This document shows, in pieces, positions 56,771 through 64,000 of a stretch of DNA of 64,000 nt. How positions within the stretch are numbered: the first letter of the stretch is position 1; every line of letters begins with the position of its first letter. The notes under the pieces are model-generated. The model saw only the letters and a program-made list of their open reading frames with translations, was not told the origin of the DNA and did no database searches. The stretch covers positions 992,001 through 1,056,000 of the forward strand of contig OZ243916.1 of NCBI GenBank assembly GCA_965213675.1, given 5' to 3'. A program made the position numbers and the translations under genes. The stretch comes from an uncultured Candidatus Binatia bacterium (GTDB taxonomy: Bacteria; Desulfobacterota; Binatia; UBA9968; JAJDTQ01).

Positions 56771-58954
56771 TCACGGGGTGAGCGTTCTGGCGATACGGAA
56801 CCCGACGTCGATGAACCGGTACGTGGAGGAGTACCTGAAGCGGTTGGCGGACCGGAGGTTCCTCGGTACGTCGAACCAGGAACCGCCGCGCAACACGCGC
56901 TGGCTGCAATCCCCCCCACTCACCCAAGCACTCCCGTCAGTCGGCGCTCCTTCGTAGCTGCCGTGCCAACAGTCCTCCACCCACTCCCGTACATTCCCAT
57001 GTACATCGTCCAATCCAAATCCATTCGCCAGATAACTCCCCACTGGTATCGTCCGCTTACGATAGTGCCCCTTCCAACCCAACCCGTACGTGTAGTTCCC
57101 GTTGTAGTTCGCCTGGTCCGTCCCAATCGTCGTTCCCGTATGAAACGGCCCTGCCGTCCCCGCTCGCGCCACATACTCCCACTCCGCCTCACTCAGTAGA
57201 CGATACCCCTTCCCTGTCCGCCTCGATAACCACGCCACGTACCCCTTCGCGTCCTCCCAACTCACGTTCACCACCGGTCGCCCCCCGCGTCCCCATCCCC
57301 TATCATCCGGCCGATACCCCCGACATCCTCCCCCTGCTACACACGCATCCCACTCCCCAAAAGTTACCTCGTACTTCCCCACCGCAAACGCCTTGCCTAT
57401 CCGCACCCGGTGACGCGGCCCCTCGCCCGAGTCCCTGCCTTCTTCTCCATCCGGCGATCCCATCGTGTACTCCCCAGACGGTACCACCACCATCTCCGGA
57501 CACTCCCCGCAGTCCCGAAACTCCCGCCCAGGTCGCTCCGCCTCCTCCCGGGCCTTCCGAGCCGCCGCCGCCTTCGCTCTTGCCCTTCTCTCCCGTTCCG
57601 CGGCCTCCTGAGCCAAACGCTCCCGCTCCGCCTCCTCCTGTTTTCGCCGCGCCGCTTCCGCTCGCGCTACATCCTCCCCGATCGCCTTCAATGCGCCAGC
57701 CTGTTCCCGCGTCAGGTATCCCGTCGCCGCCAACCCTTTCTCTTTCTGCCATGCCTCAATCGCACTCCGCGTCTTCTTCCCGAACAAGCCGTCCGCATAT
57801 CCGACCCCGAGTCGCAACTTCGCCAACCCCTGCTGGATCAGTACCCGCGCGGGCCGGTGCAAACCCAATGCATCTTCCATCGCCTTATGATCCGGCGCCT
57901 TCAATGCCGGTTCTCCTGGCAATGCGTCTTCCCGCGCCGGCGCCCTCGACATCGCAGCCCCTCCGGTCTCCGCTGTGCTGTCTCTCTTGTCGTCTCCCTC
58001 CTCCTTTCCTCCCAGGGCTCCTGCCTTTGCTGCGTCCATCCCCGGCCGCGCTGGAAAACCCTTTCCTTCCGCCGCCACCGCCGCCAGCACCACTTTCCCC
58101 GATCCCATCAGGTTCGCCTTCTGCACCCGACGGTGCACCCGACGCGCCGCCCGCGTCATCCAACGGTCCAGGTAACCCTTCGCCTCCTCCGCCGTCACTC
58201 TCCCGTCCTTGTCCGCGTCCCCTTTGCCGTACAGCGCGTTCAGCAGATGATGCGTGAACAGCCCGTGCCTTGCCTTGTCGTCCCACGACGCAATCTGCTC
58301 CCCGCTCGCCGCAGTCAACGCCGTCACCTTCCGCGATGCCGCTTGCGGCAGCGTCGCCTTCACAAACACCGGGCTCGCCGAACCTATCAGTCCGCCCTCG
58401 TTCGTCCCGCCCGAAAAACACGCGTCCAGAAACACCGCCACGCTCCGGGCCTCCGCCAACTTCCCCAGGTTCTCGTACAACAAATCGATGGGATACCCGT
58501 CGTCCTCCGCCGCCTTCGGGTCAACGTCCACCGGCAGCAAATATCCCCTCTTGTCGCGTTGCCCCGGCACCCCGTGCCCTGAGTAGAACACCACCACGTC
58601 CGAGCCCCCCTCCGGGTCCAGGTAGCTCCACAAAAGGCTCCCCGATGGGTCGCTCCGGGTTCCCAAGGCATCGTACAGTTGCCGCCGCCGCGCGTCCCGC
58701 AAATCGATCACGTTCTCCGCATCGAATCCCAGCACATCCAGCACGTACCTCTTGAACGCCTCCGCGTCCCGGTGCGCATACGTTACGTCCGGAACGTCCC
58801 GGTGCTCGTAGTCCCCGTTGCCGATGATCACCGCCACCCCACGCGCATTGCGCACCTCCGCCCACGCCAATGGACTCTCATGAGTCATCCACAGGCCCGC
58901 GCCCATGGCAACTACCCAGACAACAGCCACCCGCCGCCAGCAACGTCTTCTCAT
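56771..58954 (-). CDS. Secreted caspase-like (C14) peptidase + peptidoglycan-binding + coiled coil + FGE-sulfatase (SUMF1, C-lectin fold) protein; putative DGR target
   Basis: Signal peptide; YSGHG and LDACFSG dyad; ADGLFGKKTRSAI PG-binding motif; FRDCGECPEMV, EAEWEY, GNVREW, RGGSW...GFRIAR. Confidence 0.88.
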   Translation of the reverse strand: MRRRCWRRVAVVWVVAMGAGLWMTHESPLAWAEVRNARGVAVIIGNGDYEHRDVPDVTYAHRDAEAFKRYVLDVLGFDAENVIDLRDARRRQLYDALGTRSDPSGSLLWSYLDPEGGSDVVVFYSGHGVPGQRDKRGYLLPVDVDPKAAEDDGYPIDLLYENLGKLAEARSVAVFLDACFSGGTNEGGLIGSASPVFVKATLPQAASRKVTALTAASGEQIASWDDKARHGLFTHHLLNALYGKGDADKDGRVTAEEAKGYLDRWMTRAARRVHRRVQKANLMGSGKVVLAAVAAEGKGFPARPGMDAAKAGALGGKEEGDDKRDSTAETGGAAMSRAPAREDALPGEPALKAPDHKAMEDALGLHRPARVLIQQGLAKLRLGVGYADGLFGKKTRSAIEAWQKEKGLAATGYLTREQAGALKAIGEDVARAEAARRKQEEAERERLAQEAAERERRARAKAAAARKAREEAERPGREFRDCGECPEMVVVPSGEYTMGSPDGEEGRDSGEGPRHRVRIGKAFAVGKYEVTFGEWDACVAGGGCRGYRPDDRGWGRGGRPVVNVSWEDAKGYVAWLSRRTGKGYRLLSEAEWEYVARAGTAGPFHTGTTIGTDQANYNGNYTYGLGWKGHYRKRTIPVGSYLANGFGLDDVHGNVREWVEDCWHGSYEGAPTDGSAWVSGGDCSQRVLRGGSWFDVPRNLRSANRFRYSSTYRFIDVGFRIARTLTP

Positions 58955-58982
58955 CGAAACCCTCCCGAACCTCGACTTGTCC

Positions 58983-59621
58983 CTACCGCGTCAGGCTCCG
59001 CGCCACGCGGAAACCAATCTCGTCCCCCCGAAACGAAAACCCCATGGTCAGATTGTCGTAGTTGCGGAATCCCGCGCGGAGTACCGACTTCCAGTCATTC
59101 CAGGAACCGCCGCGGATCACGTGCGCGGAACAAATCTCGTAGGAGGGCGGTTGCCACGAAGCATCGGGCGTCGCATCCGCCGCCGGACCGAAGCGGACGT
59201 TCCTGCCGGAGAAACGCGGCGCGGCGCTCAGCTTCTCCACCGTGATCTCGGCGCCCTCGATGACCATATGCACGTCGGTATCCGGGTTTAGGTTCATTCT
59301 ACCTAGGAGAATGGTGAGCCATTCCTCCACCTTGTGCGCCGGCGCGGAGGTGACGTAAGCGTATCTGCGCATCGCTGCATCGGAGCTCATCAGGGTGTGA
59401 CTCCGGTAACCCGGAAACTCCCCCGCCATGACGTCGATGATGTTCCGCGCCTCGCCCGGAGCAAAGTAGCGCAGCGTCACCGTGTAGGGCGTCACCAGCC
59501 CGTGCCTGCCATCTGGAAACGACTCACCGCGCTGCGCCGGCCCACCCGGCTGCACCGCGCAACCCGACAACACCCACGCAAGCACTACCGCGCCAACGAC
59601 TGTCTTCAAGAGATGTGACAC
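58983..59621 (-). CDS. Lipoprotein with an unrecognised domain fused to a C-terminal fragment of an FGE/C-lectin domain
   Basis: AAGGAGG RBS + GTG; lipobox LSGC; TPYTVT...EFPGYRSH domain; tail HVIRGGSW...IGFRVARSL. Confidence 0.7.
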   Translation of the reverse strand: MSHLLKTVVGAVVLAWVLSGCAVQPGGPAQRGESFPDGRHGLVTPYTVTLRYFAPGEARNIIDVMAGEFPGYRSHTLMSSDAAMRRYAYVTSAPAHKVEEWLTILLGRMNLNPDTDVHMVIEGAEITVEKLSAAPRFSGRNVRFGPAADATPDASWQPPSYEICSAHVIRGGSWNDWKSVLRAGFRNYDNLTMGFSFRGDEIGFRVARSLTR

Positions 59622-59674
59622 GTGGTGGCCTCCTTCCGTCGATGCGGTCCGCTTATCATACATTTCGGGGGGGC

Positions 59675-60631
59675 CTATTCGGAAATCGCCCTATCGTCGC
59701 CGGATCGTGTGCGGTTGGAGGTGGGGACGATCCTCTCCACGGTGATGTCCGTGCCCTCGATGGCGATGCGGACATCCCTGTCGGGATCGAAATTCATGTC
59801 CGCGAGCAGGATCGCCAGCCATTCCTCCATCCTGGCGGTCGTGGCCGTGGTGACATAGGCGTACCGCCGCACGCCCTGATCGGTACGCATCAGCTGGTGG
59901 CTACGGTAGCCCGGAAACTCCTCCGCCATGACCGCGATCATGGTCAACGCTTCTCGTCTGTCAAAGAGCCTGAAAGTGACGGTGTAGGGGGTCTCGATGC
60001 CACCACCCGGAACATCGCGGAAGCGGGCGAGCCTCGCGACCAGCCCGTTTCCGAGGGTCGTGGCGAGTTCCCTGGCGTGGCCCCCCACCACCCGGGCGAT
60101 GCAGCCCGGTTCGTCGAGGCAACCCGGGGGACCGAGGTACGACTGCTCCACTTCGACGCTGTCCTCGAACCGGTTGGAAGCCAGGTCGTAGATGTCGCTC
60201 TTCATGCGGATCCCGATGCGGGTGACGCTGTACAAGGATCTGACTTCCGCACGGACGCTGATCAACGCCAAGGCGCGCACCGCATGCGTGGCATCGGCGC
60301 TCTGGTTCATCAACTTGGCCATGTCGATGAGGTCCATCCGGGGGCGACGGTCGCGTATCTGCCAATCGAGGTCCACGGCCACCGCGGCCTCCTCGACGAC
60401 TCGGAAACCCGCGCGGCTCATTACGCCTTTAAGCTCGGCGATGACGCGCTGGAAGATCTCGTGACTGCGTGGGATGGTGGATGGGTCCTCGTCCTCGCCC
60501 GCCACGAGCACCGGCACGGCAGCGGCGCGAGCCGGCGCCTGCGCAAAGGATACGGCCGGCGTCATCAAAATGATGAGCGCCGCGAGGATCGCTCCCAGCA
60601 GAAAACCAGAGTATTGCGCATGGATCCGCAT
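59675..60631 (-). CDS. Exported hypothetical protein; C-terminal domain paralogous to that of 58983-59621
   Basis: Signal peptide (SFA-Q); shared TPYTVT...EFPGYRSH...RRYAYVT...EEWL...ITVE domain. Confidence 0.75.
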   Translation of the reverse strand: MRIHAQYSGFLLGAILAALIILMTPAVSFAQAPARAAAVPVLVAGEDEDPSTIPRSHEIFQRVIAELKGVMSRAGFRVVEEAAVAVDLDWQIRDRRPRMDLIDMAKLMNQSADATHAVRALALISVRAEVRSLYSVTRIGIRMKSDIYDLASNRFEDSVEVEQSYLGPPGCLDEPGCIARVVGGHARELATTLGNGLVARLARFRDVPGGGIETPYTVTFRLFDRREALTMIAVMAEEFPGYRSHQLMRTDQGVRRYAYVTTATTARMEEWLAILLADMNFDPDRDVRIAIEGTDITVERIVPTSNRTRSGDDRAISE

Positions 60632-60683
60632 ATTCGATTCCCTATGTTGGTTCTACCCCGTGGGTCGCGAACTCTCCGACCCC

Positions 60684-61109
60684 CTACCCGCCGCCCGGGA
60701 CGGACGGTGCTCCGTACGTCTCCACTCCGCTTGGCGCATCGATGACATTCACGGGATGGTCCCGCTGGATGGACACCACCTCGGGCATACCGAGAAGGCG
60801 CATCACCGTGGCAGCGTCGGCTTCCAACGCCATCATCGGCAGGTTCTCGAAGACCCTGGCCGATTCCTGGGCCGGGGCGTCGAGCCGCGCGAGGATGGCC
60901 TCCGCCACGATCCCGATGGCATTCGCCGACGGCGCGGCTGCGCCTGGCGGACCCGCGGCGCCTTCCGGCAACGCGAACTCGACGACGATTTTCTGACGCT
61001 CCGAGGCCTTCTGCATTCCCGGGCCGGCCGGTGCGCATGCCAGCCCCGCCGCCATGAGCAGCCATGCCGCGGTCATCCTGCCTGCGTTCCTCATGGTCGT
61101 CATCGTCAT
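60684..61109 (-). CDS. Small lipoprotein resembling a subtilisin propeptide (inhibitor I9-like)
   Basis: GGAGG RBS; lipobox GLAC; IVVEF...RVFENLPMMALEAD...L..PEVVSIQRD pattern. Confidence 0.65.
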   Translation of the reverse strand: MTMTTMRNAGRMTAAWLLMAAGLACAPAGPGMQKASERQKIVVEFALPEGAAGPPGAAAPSANAIGIVAEAILARLDAPAQESARVFENLPMMALEADAATVMRLLGMPEVVSIQRDHPVNVIDAPSGVETYGAPSVPGGG

Positions 61110-61113
61110 GTCT

Positions 61114-63192
61114 TCAGCCTCCAATGGGCTGCCAAGCGCCTTCCGTGCCTGACGGTGCGCCCGTGCTCGGCGGTGCGTCCTTGTTCGCCGGCTCGTCTTT
61201 GGCTGGCGGTTGGCCGCCTTTGTCGCCGCCACCCGCGGCCCCGGAATCGCGATCGCTTCCATGGACCCCCAACGCCCGCAGCGCACCCGCCACGTTCAAC
61301 GTGGGCTTGCGGATGCCATTGCGTTCATCCGTGATCTGCCGCCCGGCGTTCAGCAACGCACGGTAGAGATCGCGCACCGGGCTACGCGGCGACGCCTGTC
61401 GCAACACGGCAAATGCCCCGGCCACGTGCGGCGCGGCCATGGAAGTTCCGGGAAGCTCCTTGAACGGCGCTTCGTTCGTCGGCGACCGCGGCACAGACGA
61501 CAGAATATCCACACCCGGAGCCAGAATGTCGAGCGTTGGCGCGCTGTTGGAGAAGTCCGCCACTTTCGTCTGCTTGTCCACGGCGCCGACGCTCACGATG
61601 CCACGTACGCACGCGGGATGCGCAATGCCCCGGGTCTGACCTTCGTTGCCCGCCGCGGCCACGATCACCACCCCCTCCGCGGCCAGCAGGCGCACGGCGA
61701 GGTCGTAGATGCTGTCCTGGCATGGCGTGGCGGCGTGCCGCGGCGAACCGAGGCTCATGTTGATGGACGCGATGTGGACACGCCCGCTCCGGGCCACGCC
61801 GATGAGCCAGTCCAGGGCGCCCAGCACCGTGGAATTGCTCGCGCCGAGTTTCCCGTCCACGCGACTGAAGACATTGATGGCGATCAGGCCTGCTTCCGGG
61901 GCCACGCCCGCCATATCCACGCCCCGGCCCACGGCGATGCCAGCCACGTGGGTGCCGTGGTTAGCCACCGGCCGGGCTGCTCCGGGCCCCGCCATCCGGC
62001 GTTTCCCGTTGGGGCAGCGGCTTGAGAAACAGGCCTCGGCCACGGGACGTCCGGCGATGAAAGGATGGTTCACGTCCACACCCGTGTCCACCACGGCCAC
62101 GAACGTACCTTTGCCCGTATAACCGCCTCGGTGCGGCCCGTGCGCCCCCACCATGGGTCCGCTGTCGTCCAGGTAAGGTACCACCGGGAGGTCTCGCCAG
62201 ATGCGCACCCCGGCATCGTAGCCCTTGGCCGCGGCGAGTCCCTTGGCGTCCACCTTCATGGCAATGACCGGCAGGTGCTCGTAGCGGCGCACCTCGGTCA
62301 TCCGGCCCCGTCCGCCCACGGCCTTCACGAACGCGTCACCGGTCACCGCCACCAGCCCGGCCTTCCAACCGGTGCTCCCGCTCGTCTCATCGCCGGTGAC
62401 CGGGTGCCAACCCGTCACCAGCACGGCCGCCGTCTCCTGCCCGTCGGCCGCGGCCGACAACATTTCGTACTCGTCCACCGCGGCCCGCTCGCCGCTCGAT
62501 TCCGTCGATCCTGGGGATAACGGGCCGCCTGGGACTGGCGCCGTACCCGGCGCCGCCGGGTCGGCGGCGGTCATGGACACGACGCGCTCCGACCGATCTC
62601 GGGTCTCTGGAGCGCGCCGCACCGAAGCGTTGGGCGATGCGGGAGTGTCCGACTCCTCCATGGCGCTTGGAGCAGCTTGGGCGAAGACCACAATCTCCAC
62701 CCGCCGATGTCGCGACGAGTTTGCCGGCATACCCGCCAACAGCCGATCCTCACCGTAGCCCGCGTGGCGAAACCGCGCAGGTTCCAGTCCGAGCCCCTGC
62801 ACCAGGTACCGCACCACCGCACCCGCGCGCCTTTCGGAGAGTTGCTGGTTGTACGCCGCCCTCCCGGAGGCGTCGGTGTGGCCGTAGACACCCACGTCGT
62901 AGGATCTGAGCCGATCTCCGCCCAACGCCGCGCCCAGTTCGTCCAGTTGCTGCCGCGCCCTGGCGGTCAACTCGGCCGAGTTGACCGCGAACGGCACCCT
63001 CAGGTCCACAGAACGCTGTTCCTCCCCCGTCACCGGCACCAGCCGGTCCGTCAGTTCCTGGCGGTCGACGGGTTGCGACCGCGCCGCCGCCGGCACGAAC
63101 ACCGGCGCGATCACGACAAGGAGCGCGAGCGTGAGCCCCGCCAGCCGCGACCCCGGACGTGCCCACCCTGGCATACGCGAGAACCGCTTCAT
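61114..63192 (-). CDS. Exported OmpA-like PG-binding domain fused to an S8 subtilase
   Basis: GHTD...YNQQLSERRA...RRVEI (OmpA_C); catalytic triad VDTG, HGTHVAG, GTSMAAP. Confidence 0.9.
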   Translation of the reverse strand: MKRFSRMPGWARPGSRLAGLTLALLVVIAPVFVPAAARSQPVDRQELTDRLVPVTGEEQRSVDLRVPFAVNSAELTARARQQLDELGAALGGDRLRSYDVGVYGHTDASGRAAYNQQLSERRAGAVVRYLVQGLGLEPARFRHAGYGEDRLLAGMPANSSRHRRVEIVVFAQAAPSAMEESDTPASPNASVRRAPETRDRSERVVSMTAADPAAPGTAPVPGGPLSPGSTESSGERAAVDEYEMLSAAADGQETAAVLVTGWHPVTGDETSGSTGWKAGLVAVTGDAFVKAVGGRGRMTEVRRYEHLPVIAMKVDAKGLAAAKGYDAGVRIWRDLPVVPYLDDSGPMVGAHGPHRGGYTGKGTFVAVVDTGVDVNHPFIAGRPVAEACFSSRCPNGKRRMAGPGAARPVANHGTHVAGIAVGRGVDMAGVAPEAGLIAINVFSRVDGKLGASNSTVLGALDWLIGVARSGRVHIASINMSLGSPRHAATPCQDSIYDLAVRLLAAEGVVIVAAAGNEGQTRGIAHPACVRGIVSVGAVDKQTKVADFSNSAPTLDILAPGVDILSSVPRSPTNEAPFKELPGTSMAAPHVAGAFAVLRQASPRSPVRDLYRALLNAGRQITDERNGIRKPTLNVAGALRALGVHGSDRDSGAAGGGDKGGQPPAKDEPANKDAPPSTGAPSGTEGAWQPIGG

Positions 63193-63222
63193 CCCCGACT
63201 CCTTTCTCTTCGTTCGGCCCTA

Positions 63223-63972
63223 TCAGAAGAACCGCCGGGAACGGACCGTTGCACACGCCGACCCATCGTCCGAGCGGACCTGTCGCTGGCCGAGCGGCGC
63301 GGCGCTGCATCCCTCTTCACGGCCGGAATGCCACCGATCCTGGTGAAGGGGACGACCGTGGTTCCGGCCATCGCCAGCCCGTGCGTCGTCGCCCTGTCGG
63401 AAGCCGACTCCGTCATCAAGGAAACGGGCGCCGCGCGCCTCATCCAGCAGCGATGTGAAGGCCGCGTCCTTCTGATAGCGCACCCACCAGTCCATGACCG
63501 CGGCCACATACTTCAGAGTGCCGTCGTGCATCACCGGCCCCTCGTTGCAGCGCAACAGCGGCCCACGCCGGTAGTGCGACAACGTCAGGTCCCATCGTCC
63601 ATCGTAGCGCCGGTTGAGCCGCTCCAGCAAGGTCACACCCACGCCCGCGTTGGCGCGCGGGTGCTCAAGCCCGTAGGCGCGAAGGCCCAATTCCTCCCAT
63701 GCGACGGACGGCAGCACCTGCATGACGCCCACGGCCTTCGGTGCGCTGCTTTCGCGGAAGCGCTCCTTCCGCCCGACCCGCGCCACCGCCAGCGCCAGTT
63801 CCGGCGGCACCGAGCTCTTGAGGGCCGCCGCCGCCACCGCCCGCTGCCCCACGGTCCAACGCGTCTCACCCCACACCGATCCGTGTCCGAACAGTCCCAG
63901 AAACACCGCCGCCAGCGCGAGCCGGCCCACGCTTGGAAACCGGCGCACTTGTCGTTGCCGCTGGCTGCTCAT
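63223..63972 (-). CDS. SLT-family lytic transglycosylase-like protein, catalytic Glu apparently lost
   Basis: PELALAVARVG (canonical VES), GVMQVLP, LSHYRRG (canonical YNxG), YVAAV; AAGGAG RBS. Confidence 0.7.
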   Translation of the reverse strand: MSSQRQRQVRRFPSVGRLALAAVFLGLFGHGSVWGETRWTVGQRAVAAAALKSSVPPELALAVARVGRKERFRESSAPKAVGVMQVLPSVAWEELGLRAYGLEHPRANAGVGVTLLERLNRRYDGRWDLTLSHYRRGPLLRCNEGPVMHDGTLKYVAAVMDWWVRYQKDAAFTSLLDEARGARFLDDGVGFRQGDDARAGDGRNHGRPLHQDRWHSGREEGCSAAPLGQRQVRSDDGSACATVRSRRFF

Positions 63973-64000
63973 GTTCTCCTTGTCACGTGTCACGCGCACT

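Noticed and set aside
58983-59140. DGR template repeat for the neighbouring variable region
   Set aside because: Not AAC-rich, differs from the VR at many non-adenine positions and in length, and no RT gene is adjacent

Overview
High-GC bacterial chromosomal window. Gene content and order suggest a deltaproteobacterial/Binatota-like organism (inference only). Most of it is a minus-strand housekeeping backbone: tRNA-Ser(CGA)-ffs-dnaX-ybaB-recR; pheA-hisC-tyrA-aroA-cmk-rpsA-ihfB; mutS-amidase-glnD-xerD-site-2 protease-trpS-scpAB-rluB; mutL-miaA. Accessory content: (1) a three-subunit Mo-hydroxylase followed by a COG0523 GTPase with an extra Cys-rich tail; (2) a PhnCDE-like ABC transporter close to a UGA-containing peroxiredoxin (probable selenoprotein with a SECIS-like hairpin, truncated in the ORF track); (3) a 13-gene catabolic cluster (39-52.4 kb) built around a four-subunit nicotinate-dehydrogenase-like Mo enzyme; (4) an envelope protease operon (56.7-64 kb): degenerate lytic transglycosylase, OmpA-subtilase, stand-alone I9-like lipoprotein, two proteins sharing an unrecognised domain, and a caspase/PG-binding/FGE-type C-lectin protein whose 3' end looks like a remote diversity-generating retroelement (DGR) target (NNC-rich variable region plus GGA-triloop hairpin; no RT or template repeat in the window). 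There are four ~165-bp MITEs in CTRG sites and several REP-like palindromes. All calls come from reading motifs by eye; no searches were run.
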